Notes: generated from the sequence alone by a model not told the origin. Positions 52,628-62,884 are shown, counted from the stretch's first letter. The stretch is 64,000 nt of DNA from Cyanophora paradoxa CCMP329 (GCA_004431415.1 QPMI01000417.1:185554-249553), one strand, 5' to 3'. Translations and numbers: made by a program.

Positions 52628-53000
52628 ATGCGCGGCGGCTCTTCCCCCGTGTTTCCTTCGCTGAGAACCCGGTGGCGAACGCAGTCGCCCCTACCCCCTG
52701 GAGCCCGGAGTGAAGCTGGAGCGTGCGAACGCAGTCTCCGTCAAGAAGGCCAAGCGCACGCTGGCGCTGGAAGTCCCGGTCGCGGAGGATACGGAGAAGG
52801 TTGCATTCAACAAGCGCAAGACGTACAAGGCGATACGCGAGGGACAGCTGCTGCCCACGGACTCGGTTCCCGGGCTGCCGGGCACCACGGCCGGCGAGCT
52901 CCTAGTGCGCAACCTGCGCCTGCAGTACGTCTCCCGCCTCCGCCGCTCCAAGGCCAAGAAGGCGCGCCTGGACTCGGGCGATAGCAGCTCTAGCTCGTAG
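52628..53000 (+). CDS. Basic viral hypothetical protein (5' structure unresolved)
   Basis: Coding-like frame 52710-53000. The motif-preceded ATG at 52628 is out of frame, implying a frameshift or intron. Confidence 0.45.
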
Positions 53001-53027
53001 GGCTCTGTACTGTTGTATTCAATGCCT

Positions 53028-53312
53028 TTACCAGTTCCTGTTCCTATCCCAGAGCACGACTCGGGTGAAGGGCACGGTCATAGCGAACATGAACTCGGCG
53101 AACTTGGCAAAGTTCATCAGGGTTCCCAGGCGGGGATCCTCCCAGTAGATCGCCTCGCGCAGCGCCTCGTAGACGCGCATGAGGGAGCGCTCGTTCTCCG
53201 TCGCGAAGGCGTCGCCGGGCTCGTCGGGGTCGGGATCCGTGAGCTCGGAGTACTCGTCCGAGCTGCCCGCGCTCTCGGCACCTGCGGCGGGGTCGGGCGA
53301 GGGGTCGGGCAT
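53028..53312 (-). CDS. Viral hypothetical protein, acidic N-terminus
   Basis: 94-aa ORF with upstream GATTTTCT. Confidence 0.6.
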   Translation of the reverse strand: MPDPSPDPAAGAESAGSSDEYSELTDPDPDEPGDAFATENERSLMRVYEALREAIYWEDPRLGTLMNFAKFAEFMFAMTVPFTRVVLWDRNRNW

Positions 53313-53338
53313 TCTCTACTAGAAGAGGGACCAGAAAA

Positions 53339-53680
53339 TCACGGGCGCCGGAACTCCATCGAGTCGCCGCGCCAGTACTTGTTGCCGGAGGCGAGCAGCT
53401 TCATCGGCTCGCCCGTCGAATCGTGCTTCCAGGCCTCGCCGTCCCAGAGGGCCGTGCCGCCGTCCTCTAGCTTGAGGCGGTGGCCCGGCTCGAGACGGTT
53501 GCCGTCGAGCATGCGGCCGGCCATGAGCGCCAGGTCCCACTCGGTGAGGTTGCGCTGCTCTGCGGGGGTGAGGCCGCGCTCGACGCGCTCGGGCTGGCGC
53601 GCCTCGCGCTCCATGCGGCTGAGGCCCACCAGGAAGAAGATGGGCAGGGCAAAGGCCATGAGATCTAGCAGGGCCTCCAT
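53339..53680 (-). CDS. Viral protein with N-terminal hydrophobic anchor
   Basis: MEALLDLMAFALPIFFLVGL...; upstream CTTTTCTAA. Confidence 0.6.
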   Translation of the reverse strand: MEALLDLMAFALPIFFLVGLSRMEREARQPERVERGLTPAEQRNLTEWDLALMAGRMLDGNRLEPGHRLKLEDGGTALWDGEAWKHDSTGEPMKLLASGNKYWRGDSMEFRRP

Positions 53681-53690
53681 TGGGCAAGAC

Positions 53691-53978
53691 TTAGAAAAGG
53701 TTCCGGACCAGGCCCGAGAGCTGCGGGCCCAGGCGCCGGGCGGCGTAGTAGAGCGCGGCCGCCGCCGCCGCAAGGATGAGCAGGCGCGGCGGGCCGCGCG
53801 CCGGCTCCTCCAGCGTCAGGTCCACGGTCTCCGGCCCGCGCGCCGGAGCCGCCAGGATCTCGGGCTCGGAGCAGAGGGACTTGGGCCCGCGGCGGCGGCG
53901 CTGCTTGGGCGCCGAGGCGGCGGCGGTGAGAAGGTCCTCAGGCTCCTGCTTGATACCTGCGCAGTCAGTAAAGTCCAT
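53691..53978 (-). CDS. Viral protein with C-terminal TM helix
   Basis: LLILAAAAAALYYAA segment; upstream AATTTTCC. Confidence 0.55.
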   Translation of the reverse strand: MDFTDCAGIKQEPEDLLTAAASAPKQRRRRGPKSLCSEPEILAAPARGPETVDLTLEEPARGPPRLLILAAAAAALYYAARRLGPQLSGLVRNLF

Positions 53979-54678
53979 GCTTGCTGGGTACCTTGGAAAA
54001 TTGTGGGAGGCGTCCGGAGATTGCGAACGTAGGAGGGGGGAGAAATGACGCGGACGCAAAAGATTCCGTCATGGGTTTTCCGTCATGGGCTGGAACTTGG
54101 ACTCGGGACTCGGCCGGGAATTCTCCCGGTAAGTTCGAGACTTGAACTCGGCGGGGTACCCCCTATGTCCAAATGTCCTAGTATCCTAGTAGTACTAAGT
54201 AGTACTAGCTAGGTGGTATCGATATCTAGCTAGCTAGCGCTAGCGCTTGCTTAATTAATTAACTGAAAGGTTGCGGAGGTTGCGGACGCGTCACAATTCC
54301 GTCATGGGTTTTCCGTCATGGGCTGGAACTTGGACTCGGGACTCGGCCGGGAATTCTCCCGGTAAGTTCGAGACTTGAACAAGAACGACGTACCCCACTT
54401 GTGACCGTTCTATACTACATTAAAGTATTCATTGATTGTGAATAACGATAATGTATAGCAACTTGAAATTACCTTCAAGTCGAATAGAGGGGTACAGAGT
54501 CGGTACGTTAGACTTGACAAAAACACGTGTATTTTTTTACGCCGAGTTTTGCGGCCGAGTCCCGAGTCCAAGTTCCAGCCCATGACGGAAAACCCATGAC
54601 GGAATTGTGACGCGTCCGCAACCTCCGCAACCTTTCAGTTAATTAATTAAGCAAGCGCTAGCAAGCACTAGCTAGATA

Positions 54679-55107
54679 TCACAGCTCTACCTTGCCCAAG
54701 TTGATGGTATCTAGCAAGGCCTGCTCCTCCAAGTCTGCACCACCGCCGCCGCCCAGCGCTAGCGCTAGCTCGATACCGCCTCCGGCCTTGATCTCCCTTG
54801 GCTCCAGCCACCTGAGAGGCTCGGGCCACCTCCTCCTGGTGAAGCCGGTATCGTTGCTCTTGTCCAGCTTGAGGTAGCGGTAGGGCGCCGGCGCCGGCCA
54901 GTCCGGCCTGTGGCCGCTTGCCTCCTTGGCTATGTCCTTGGGCCTACGCGGACGCAGGTCGGCCTTGGCCTTCGCCCTCTGCAGGGGGCCCAGCGCCTTG
55001 AACTTCGGTGCCTTGGTCGCCGGCAGGGCCTTGGGCTGGGGCTTCTGGGGCTTCTGCGTCTTCACCGCCTTGGGCTTCGGCATCCTTGGCTGCTTCGATT
55101 TCGGCAT
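54679..55107 (-). CDS. Lys/Pro-rich basic protein (candidate DNA-condensing protein)
   Basis: MPKSKQPRMPKPKAVKTQKPQKPQPK...; upstream CTTTTCTCA. Confidence 0.6.
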   Translation of the reverse strand: MPKSKQPRMPKPKAVKTQKPQKPQPKALPATKAPKFKALGPLQRAKAKADLRPRRPKDIAKEASGHRPDWPAPAPYRYLKLDKSNDTGFTRRRWPEPLRWLEPREIKAGGGIELALALGGGGGADLEEQALLDTINLGKVEL

Positions 55108-55345
55108 ACTTCTTGCTCATAAATGAGAAAAGCGCCACGAAGTCAGCTTTTATCTCCTCCTTGGTCCAGGATGTCACCTGATCCGGGTCACCTGAGAACG
55201 GCGCATCGAACGCCACGTGGAGCGATTTGCAGGCCTGGGCAATCATTGGCTCGGGCCATGCCAGCTCGATCAGCTGAAGGTAGATGTTGAGGGCCTTGTC
55301 GAGCTTGGCGCCCTGGGAGACCAGCTGGGAGATGGCGGGCTCCAT
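54944..55345 (-). CDS. Viral hypothetical helical protein; overlaps the next gene
   Basis: MEPAISQLVSQGAKLDKALNIYLQLIEL...; upstream ATTTTCT and CCACCATG context. Confidence 0.55.
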   Translation of the reverse strand: MEPAISQLVSQGAKLDKALNIYLQLIELAWPEPMIAQACKSLHVAFDAPFSGDPDQVTSWTKEEIKADFVALFSFMSKKYAEIEAAKDAEAQGGEDAEAPEAPAQGPAGDQGTEVQGAGPPAEGEGQGRPASA

Positions 55346-55496
55346 GGTGGGTAGACTAGCATCAGAAAATGGCGCCAAGTTCGAATCTATTTTTTTACCG
55401 GGAGAGTCTGGGCCCGAGTCCCAGGTCCAAGTTCCAGCCCATGACGGAAAACCCATGACGGAATCTTTCGCGTCCGCGTCACTTCTCCCCCCCTCC

Positions 55497-55538
55497 TCAG
55501 CTGAGCGCTCACCTGACCCTCACCTGAACGGCCTCAAA
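55497..55538 (+). promoter_or_regulatory. TCASCTGA (E-box-like) cluster, repeated at ~55874-55921
   Basis: TCAGCTGAGCGCTCACCTGA...GGCCTCAAA precedes ORF 55593; TCACCTGAGCGCTCAGCTGA...GGCCTCAAA precedes the SSB gene. Confidence 0.55.
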
Positions 55539-55592
55539 ACCGCAGCCCCGCCGCGCCCTCTCCTCACACTTCAAAGCCAAGAGAAATCAAGA

Positions 55593-55862
55593 ATGTGCAT
55601 CCCCACGTACTTCACCTGCTGTCTCACCTTCGGCATCTTCGCATACGTCATATACGACGATGAGTTCGACCGAAACACGTTCTACTTCTGCAAGCTCCTT
55701 CGCGACATTTCGTCGGAGCACCGCAAGGGCGATGAGTATGATTGGATTCAACTGCTCCCCCTCAAGAACGAGATCGTACTGTGGAGAGAGAAGTGCATTG
55801 TAGGCAGGTTCAAGATTAGCTCGATTCGTGTAGCCGTCGTAGAGGATATGATGGTGAATTGA
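55593..55862 (+). CDS. Small viral hypothetical protein (lower GC)
   Basis: 89-aa beta-rich-looking ORF downstream of the TCASCTGA cluster. Confidence 0.5.
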   Translation: MCIPTYFTCCLTFGIFAYVIYDDEFDRNTFYFCKLLRDISSEHRKGDEYDWIQLLPLKNEIVLWREKCIVGRFKISSIRVAVVEDMMVN

Positions 55863-55967
55863 ACACGTGTTTTACCTGAATCACCTGAGCGCTCAGCTGA
55901 AGTCAGGCCGGGCGGCCTCAAATATTTTCTAGCGCTAGGCCGAAGCACACTCTAAGCCAAAGCAACA

Positions 55968-56714
55968 ATGGCCACCGTCCGCAACGCCAACGAGATCGAC
56001 CCCGCCAAGCTCGCCTTCGAGATCGACGCCACCGGCCGCATCAAGGCCAAGTACGACGGCCTGCAGGGCCTCATGATGTACGCGCCGCCCATGGTCACCA
56101 TCAACCCCTGCATCAACACCGAGCAAGGCAAGGCGTGGAGCGACGAGAAGAAGGCCTTCGTCATGGAAGAAAACGGCGGATTCTACACGCTGGACCTCAC
56201 CGATCTCAGCGCCGTCGACGGCCAGACGAACCCCGCCGCGGACGAGTTCCTCAAGCTGCTCGAGGCCCTGGACGCGAAATTCTGCGAGTTCGTGCAGCAG
56301 AACCAGGCCAAGCTCAAGGTCTCGCCCGGCCGCGCCCTCTCCAAGGACCAGATCTCGGTGCTGCAGACCCCCAGCGTGCGCATCAAGGTCGACAAGGAGT
56401 CGGGCCAGGCCTTCTACAAGTACCTCAACATGCGCATCCGCACCCAGACGATGGCGGGCAAGCGCAAGACCGTGCCCGTCGTCGACATGTCCAACTACCT
56501 CATCACCGAGCGCGCCACCATCGGCACCGGAGACCTGGTGGCGGCGCTCATTAAAATCGACACCGCCTACGCCATCCCCGAGGGCAAGTTCGGCCTCAAG
56601 TGGTCCTTCCTCGCCGTGCAGCAGTGCAAGGTCGGCGCCTTTCGCTTCGCCGGGCGCGCCCCGAGCTGGCCTTCAAGCCCTACGACAACGAGGCCGATTT
56701 CGAGCCCTACCTAA
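55968..56714 (+). CDS. NCLDV-type ssDNA-binding protein (DUF2738 / T7 gp2.5-like OB fold)
   Basis: FLKLLEALDAKFCE, ..IGTGDLVAALIKIDTAY..GKFGLKWSFLAVQ pattern. Probable frameshift near 56640-56670 hides an acidic tail (YDNEADFEPY*). Confidence 0.75.
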   Translation: MATVRNANEIDPAKLAFEIDATGRIKAKYDGLQGLMMYAPPMVTINPCINTEQGKAWSDEKKAFVMEENGGFYTLDLTDLSAVDGQTNPAADEFLKLLEALDAKFCEFVQQNQAKLKVSPGRALSKDQISVLQTPSVRIKVDKESGQAFYKYLNMRIRTQTMAGKRKTVPVVDMSNYLITERATIGTGDLVAALIKIDTAYAIPEGKFGLKWSFLAVQQCKVGAFRFAGRAPSWPSSPTTTRPISSPT

Positions 56715-56801
56715 ACCCCGAGTCTATGTACGCAGCCCCATGCAGTAGCTCGGACGAATAAATTGTGAATTTTTGGTGCAATTGATTACAAGCTTTTACA
56801 C

Positions 56802-57603
56802 TCAAAGGCCGTTGAACTTGCCGCCCACCGCCTTGGGCTCCGCCGCCGTCGAGGCCGCCGCCTCCGTCACCTCCTTCATCACCTCTGGGTTCGCGTTCGC
56901 CGCGTGCACCGCCAGCACCGTCTGCACCAGGGCCATCCCCAGGCGCGCCTCGGGCCCCAGGGTCACGTAGCGCGAGTACTTAATCACCAGCTCCTCTAAG
57001 ATCGGCTGCACCTGGTCCATCGAAGAGAGCGTCGCCTGCCCGAGCCCGTCGAGCTTCAGGCCGATCGGATCGTACGCCTTGTTGAGGTGCTCCAGCGAGT
57101 GCATGCCCGCGATCAGAAAGAGGCGCGCCGCCTCCAGCGAACCCCGCGTGCTCAGCTCGCGCTGAATCTCCTCGTACTCTTCCTTCAGCTCGTCCAGCGG
57201 CGTGGCCAGGCTCAGCTTCTTCGTGGACGTAAGCTCGCCCCCGAACGAGCGCCGGTACTGCGCGATCTGCCGCAGGACCTGCTTCTTCTCGTCCACGTCC
57301 ACCTGCGCCTCGTCCCGCGGCCGCTCCTGCAGGTCGATTCCCAGCGCCTTTTTCACGCTCTGCTCCTTCTTCTTCGTCATTTCGATGTGCTCCTGCACGC
57401 TGAAGCCCGCGCCCTTGCTCGGCGCCGTCGGCGGCACCGCGGGCCCGTCGCCCGGCAGCGCCATCCTGTCGGCCTTCGGCGCCTTCTCCCCTTTTCCTTG
57501 CCCTCCTTCGCGGGGCGGCCCTTCTTCCGGGCTGCGGGATTCCCACGGGGTTCGGCCCGTCCACGGCCAGCGCCTCGAAGCCAAGCATCGCCGAGGGGTC
57601 CAT
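56802..57603 (-). CDS. DUF5767-like NCLDV-conserved protein (one frameshift near the 5' end)
   Basis: EKKQVL..LDELKEEYEEI..SLEHLNKAYDPIGLKLDG..ILEELVIKY..PEARL..VH..N matches the recalled family pattern. Confidence 0.75.
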
Positions 57604-57632
57604 CCTTTACGCCTGCCCCTTAGAAATATTTT

Positions 57633-57962
57633 TCACTCCGAGGTCAGCTCGACGAAGAGCTCGATGTAAAGCCAGAGCTTCTCGCGCAGCTCGGGCCCGC
57701 TGCCGTAGAAGAGCGAGCGCACGGCCGAGGCGTACTCCTGCGGCAGCCTCTCGAAAACCGAGTCGTCCTTCGCCTTGATCAATTCCGCCTCCGCGTTGAT
57801 GTGCCTCCTGAACAGAACGATGACCGCCGTGGCCCCTATGCCGCGCAGCGACTGGATCTGCGCCCGCACCCCCGGCTCCTTGGCCTCCGGCTCCAGCAGG
57901 TCGAGGAAGCGGCCCCAGCGCGCCTCGATCTGCTCGCCCAGCGTCGCCTCCGTCGCAGCCAT
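57633..57962 (-). CDS. Small helical protein resembling an NCLDV-conserved family
   Basis: IKAKDDSVF...REKLWLYIELF pattern; upstream AATTTCT. Confidence 0.6.
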   Translation of the reverse strand: MAATEATLGEQIEARWGRFLDLLEPEAKEPGVRAQIQSLRGIGATAVIVLFRRHINAEAELIKAKDDSVFERLPQEYASAVRSLFYGSGPELREKLWLYIELFVELTSE

Positions 57963-57974
57963 GCTACGCGTGCT

Positions 57975-59177
57975 TCAGAAATTAGCGTCCGCCGCTGCCG
58001 CTGCCGCTGCCGCTGCCGCTGCCGCCGCCGCTGCGCTGCCGCCGCCGCTGCCGCCGCCGCCGAGGAGGGCGTTTGCCGCTTGCTCGTACATTGCCGCCTT
58101 GCGCGCGCTGGTCTCGCGGAGGAGGGTGGCCTGCGCGGTCTCGGTGCCCTTCACGAGAGCCTGGAAGGCGGTTTGAATCGTGGTCTGGCTGCGCTCACCG
58201 GTGCCTGCCATTCCGGCGACGGTTCCCAGGCCCCGCAGCGTCGCAATCGAGCCTAACGTTGCGGTATCCGCATAGGGTCGGCTTCCTACGGCCGGATTCA
58301 CGACGGCCGGCAGCAGGTTCTGGTCCGCGTACGGCGTCGCCGTCGCCAGCGCGGGCCCGCGCGTGCCGACCTGATCCATGAGCATCGCCCCGAACGGGTT
58401 GCCCCGGCTGAAGTCCACGTCGTTGCGCCCGTAGGGCTTGTTGACGGCGCTGCTGATGTTGGCCGTCTGCGCGTTGAACATGGGCGAGAGGTCGGGGGTG
58501 TAGCCCGCGCGCAGCCCCTGGGGGTTCTCCGTCGTCTGCCCGTAGCGGCCGGCCGGCCCGAGCAGGTTCTCCTTCTCGATCTCTTCCATCGTCTTGATCC
58601 AGCCGCGCTCGCGCGCCCACTTCATAACGAGATCGTCGTAGTTCATCGGGAAGAAAACCTTCTGGTACTTGTCGAAGCGCTGAATTTCGATATCCTGCTC
58701 GATCATGTTCGTAATTCGCTCCAGCAGCTCGGGGTAATATTCCTCGAGCATTTTGGCGACGCCCGGCTGCTTCAGGTCGAAGGCCGTCATCGCCCACTGG
58801 TCGAAATCGCGAATCATGATTTCCTTCCGCAGCACGAACGCATTCTCGACGTCCTCCTCGCTGATCTGTCGGTTGGGGTAGGAGTTCTGCAGCTGCTGTC
58901 GGATGCCCATGCGCATCAGCTTCTCCATCGAGGGCGTGTACTTCATCGCGGGCAGGGTCTTCGTATTCCCCCCGCTGAGCCCCAGGCCACGTGCCTGATC
59001 CTCGGGCGTGTAGACGTCCGCCTTGGTCCCATCTACGACGGGCACCTCGGGCATGACCGTGCCCGGAAGGAACTTGTTCACGATGCCGTCCATGTCGGCC
59101 TTCAGGTCGTTCTTCAGCGACTGGCGCTGCTTCTTAGAGCCCTCCCCAATGTCCATCATAGAGTGGCCCTTCGTCAT
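57975..59177 (-). CDS. Viral 400-aa protein (probable virion component)
   Basis: Intact ORF directly downstream of the MCP, with a DFDQWAM..FDL..P...YPE...PMN core and an Ala/Gly tail. Confidence 0.7.
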   Translation of the reverse strand: MTKGHSMMDIGEGSKKQRQSLKNDLKADMDGIVNKFLPGTVMPEVPVVDGTKADVYTPEDQARGLGLSGGNTKTLPAMKYTPSMEKLMRMGIRQQLQNSYPNRQISEEDVENAFVLRKEIMIRDFDQWAMTAFDLKQPGVAKMLEEYYPELLERITNMIEQDIEIQRFDKYQKVFFPMNYDDLVMKWARERGWIKTMEEIEKENLLGPAGRYGQTTENPQGLRAGYTPDLSPMFNAQTANISSAVNKPYGRNDVDFSRGNPFGAMLMDQVGTRGPALATATPYADQNLLPAVVNPAVGSRPYADTATLGSIATLRGLGTVAGMAGTGERSQTTIQTAFQALVKGTETAQATLLRETSARKAAMYEQAANALLGGGGSGGGSAAAAAAAAAAAAAAADANF

Positions 59178-59256
59178 CGCGCCCCGGTTAGGATCCCAGT
59201 GGGAAAATTTATTGGTTCACATCGGCCTACCAAGCACACCCTGGCTAACAAGCAAT

Positions 59257-60613
59257 CTAATGGAAGCGGCGGTAGGCGCCGCCGTTGGTGAAGGTGATCT
59301 CGTTGTAGTAGCGGCAGTAGATGTCGGCCACGGGCTTGTCCGCGCCGTAGGTCTTGAGCGTGGTGAGCGTGAGCTCGATGGTCTTGAAGGCGCCCATGTC
59401 GAGGCCGCCGAACATCTTGGTGTTGTCGGCCACGTCGGTGCCGAAGGGGAGCGAGTAGATGAACTCCGTCCGAACTGGCCACGTTGCGGGGCTGGATGTC
59501 GCTGCTGTGCCCGTCGTGGGTCGCAAGGGTCGTGGGGGCCGTGTCGTTGCCCGACCACGGTGCGGGTGCAGCGCGTCGGCCACGTCGGCCGCTGCCGTCC
59601 CGTCATCGAGGTCACGCCCGCAGCAGCTCGAGGTGCTTGCGGGCGGGGCGTGCGTGTGCTCCTTGTGCGCGATGGCCGTGCGCAAGAAGTGCGCGTCGTG
59701 GTTCGAGCTATCGAGCACCTTGATGTTGTCGCACTTCAGCTCGATCTTGTCGAGCGGGCGGAAGCGCCAGAAGTGCTCGCCGTTGTCGGTGTGCGGCTTG
59801 TCGCGCACCACGATGATCAGCTCGTAGCAGATTCCGGTGAAGGGCAGGCGGATGGCCTTGCCGGACTCGAACGAGACGTGGTAGTGCTGCACGTACTTGC
59901 CGGCCCACGTGAACGAGTTCGGGTGCAGCGCCAGCTCGCGCGAGTCGATGTGCACGTAGCGCAGGATGAGCTTGGTGTCCAGGCTGACGGTGCTCGTCAG
60001 GTTGGTGTTGGTGTGCAGGCCGCCGTCCACGAAGGAGGCCGTGATCTCCTTCTGCGAGGCGTAGGTGATCTGCAGCTTCATGTCGTTTCCGGAGCAGCGG
60101 AGCTTGTGGAGCGGCACGGCGAACTTTCGACCGTGCCCGTCGCGATGCGAATCGGTATGTACAGCGTGTTCGGGCCTTGCCCGGCGGCGCAGCGGCTGGT
60201 GCGCCAGAGGTTGTTCACCATGTCGACGTGCTGGACGACGGACTTGTCGTCCTCGAACTCGCCGTAGATGGCGTCGTAATGGCGTCGTACTCGTGGATCA
60301 GCTGCGCGCCCACGAAGATCTTCACCTTCTTGAGCAGCACGTAGCCGGCCTTCGGGATGTAGAAGTGGTCCGCGTTCGTCAGCGCCGGCAGCGTCACCTT
60401 GAGCCAGGAGTCGTTGAACATCGCGCCGAGTGCGGGATGACGATGTCGACGGTCTGACCGAAGCCACGCCGACTGCACGGGGCTCACCTCGAGCACCTCG
60501 TCCACGAACGGCATCGCCGTGTCGAAGGTCTCGTGCACGTGCACCGACGCGTCGGAGCTGCGCAGCGAGTGGTGCAGGGCGGTCGTGGGGGTGGAGATGA
60601 GCGCGGAAGCCAT
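59257..60613 (-). pseudogene. NCLDV-type double-jelly-roll major capsid protein, frameshifted
   Basis: WLKVTLPAL, GYVLLKKVKIFVGAQLI, TLYIPI, IRLPF..ICYELIIVVR, IYSLPF, GGLDMG, IYCRYYNEITFTNGG in the order typical of NCLDV MCPs; at least 4 frame changes. Confidence 0.88.
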
Positions 60614-60655
60614 GGTGGTTTAGGGGTGCGTTGAGAAAATTTTTTGGGTGGACGC

Positions 60656-62609
60656 CTACGTTATTAGAGGGCGCGTCCCCCGTCGCGCCAGGTCCGCGTC
60701 GTACGCCTTCTTGCGGAGTGCGTCCGTGATCGCAGACCAGTCGCGTGTGCCGTTAAGATAACCCAGGGCAAGTCCTTGGCCCAACATGAAGTAACGCTCT
60801 GGATCCAAGTTCATGAGTTGCTGGGCCCGCTCCTCTACGCGCCGCACACGCTCCATAAAGGGGCCCTTTGCCGCAGATCCGAGCGGGTCCGCTTCTCGCT
60901 CAGCTTCGAAGAATTTCACGACATCCCGCCCAGGTCCGAAATATCACGGTGCTGCTCTGCTATCCGTGCCTGTGCCTTGTTGACTCCAGCTGCCTGGGCT
61001 TGGGCTATCGATGCCAGTTGGTTGTAATCGATTTCTTCTGCAAGGTATTTCGCAACGGCGGCGTCCCTGCAGCGCGCGCGATTTCGGGCGATACGCTCAC
61101 AAGGAATCCCTCCCGGCGAGCCCGATTGGCCGCGCGCTCCGCTTCCGTCTCCTCGTCCATGGGATCGTCTGGACTGGCTGGATGCCTGGAGCACCGGAGC
61201 GAAGTTTCTTCAGCAGCCCGCACGGCGAGCTTCTGTCGCTCTTTCACCTTCTTGGCGGCCAGTTCAAGCGCATCGTTTACGTCCATGGTCGTATACCCGG
61301 TCTCCGCCCGTATCCTTGTACGCGGCCCTGCGCTTGTCCATGGCTTCCATCTCGCGCGGGGACGAGGGGGCGATTTCTATCCCGCGTTGCGAGTTGAGCC
61401 TGGACGGCGACGGGCACCTGCTCGAGCACGGCCCTTGCCGCCGCAACAGCCACCGCCTCGGCGCCACCACCTCTGGCGGGCGCGAGGGCCCGCCTGTGGC
61501 TCGGGCGGCGGCGGCGGCGGGGGCGGCGGCGGGGGTGGAGGCGGGGGCTGCTGCTCCGCTGGGGGCGCCGACGGCCGGGCCACCGTGTCCGGGGGCTGCG
61601 AGGGGCCGGGCTGCGGCTGCAGCGGTGGCGTCTTCGGCCCGGGGGGCGGAGGCGGCGGAGGCGGAGGCCCCGGAGGCGGGGCCCCCCCTTCGTCGTCGGA
61701 CTCGATCATTTCGTCCCTGGGTTCCTTGGACGGTAGGGCCTTCTGAATGAGGGCCTCGCGCGCGCCCTTGCCCGCCTTGATTGCTCTGCCCATGGCCGCC
61801 TCCGGGAAACTGGCCTCGATGGCCTCGTTGTCCCCGTCCGTGATGCGCACCTTTGCTCGCGGCGGCCTTGATGTACTTTTCCTTGTCCATCCGCTTCTTC
61901 GCCGTCGCCTCTCCCTGGGCACGTCGCGCTGGCGGCTCTCGTCCGGCCCCGGCCCCTCGCTGTCCGAGCTCGAGGGCGGCTCGCCTGGGCGAAGGGCTGG
62001 CGCGTGTTGCGGTTCGCCGTAGTCGGGGTCGTACCTCCTCGATCAGCTCCTCGGGCTTCTTGTTCTCGCGCGCGTAGATGCTCGTGGGTTTGAAACTCCT
62101 CGCCGTTGATGATGTACTTGTAGTAGTAGTACGCGTCTCGAGGTTCATCGGGCCAGCGTCTCGAGGCGCTTCTTGCGCTTCAGGAATTCGGTGATCTGAT
62201 CCTCCTTCGACTTGCAGAACTCCCGCACGCCCGGCAGCACCGTCAGGTTCTTGCCGTCCACGTCGCAGGCGCCCGCTCCCTTGGCCTTCAGGTTCGCGGT
62301 GAAGGCCGACTGGCCCATCAGCCAGGCGCGGAAGCCCTCCTCGTACTCCTTGTCGAGGCTCGACTCCATCTGCTGGAACTTGTTGATGTAGTACGCGTTG
62401 GCGATGGCCTGCGCCTCCACCTCGGCGAGCTTGTCCGATTGATCGCGCTCCTCGAACCGAATTTCCGGCGTGGCCCTCGCCAGCGCCGTCTTCATCAGCT
62501 GCTGAAAGTGTGCGTACTTGTCGCTCTCGAAGGGCGTGATGTGCGAGTCCCCGCCCCCCGGGATCGCGAGCACGTTGCGCGGCGCGAAACGCGAGGCGAG
62601 CCCCCTCAT
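60656..62609 (-). pseudogene. Long viral gene broken by multiple frameshifts (Pro-rich linker)
   Basis: Consecutive ORF pieces join if single bases are restored, e.g. EGFRAWLMGQS..LPGVREF..L[G]PMNLE.AYYYYKYII. Confidence 0.65.
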
Positions 62610-62884
62610 TTGCACTTCTTAGGAGCCGGCTTTGAAATTTTATCGGTCTTGGCCTTGTCTTCCTTCCCGTCCTTCTTCTCGGCCCCCTTCTTCCCCTGCT
62701 TCGTCGGGCGCATCGCCACGAATATTTCGCCGGGCGAGACGTCCTCGTACAGCGGCTTCGGTCCCTTAGGAAATTCGGGCGGCCCCTTCAGCTTCTCCTT
62801 CGCCTCCTTCACCTCGGCCTTGGTGGGCCGCTCCTGCCCGTTCGTGGGCGCCTTTTTCGCGGGCTTCTTCTGCGCCTCCGGCAT
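62606..62884 (-). CDS. Small Lys-rich viral protein
   Basis: 92 aa; upstream ATTTTTCT. Confidence 0.6.
   Translation of the reverse strand: MPEAQKKPAKKAPTNGQERPTKAEVKEAKEKLKGPPEFPKGPKPLYEDVSPGEIFVAMRPTKQGKKGAEKKDGKEDKAKTDKISKPAPKKCK

Larger units (their letters stand above)
54031..55497. repeat. Nested direct/inverted repeat locus with tandem TTCCGTCATGGG iteron-like motifs
   Basis: Perfect 85-bp direct repeat (54063-54147 and 54296-54380). Inner inverted repeat 54221-54349 vs 54552-54680. Outer inverted repeat 54031-54132 vs 55395-55497. Confidence 0.95.

Noticed and set aside
54031-55497. CRISPR-like array
   Set aside because: Repeats are 85-130 bp, in mixed orientation and irregularly spaced; no cas genes; eukaryotic context.
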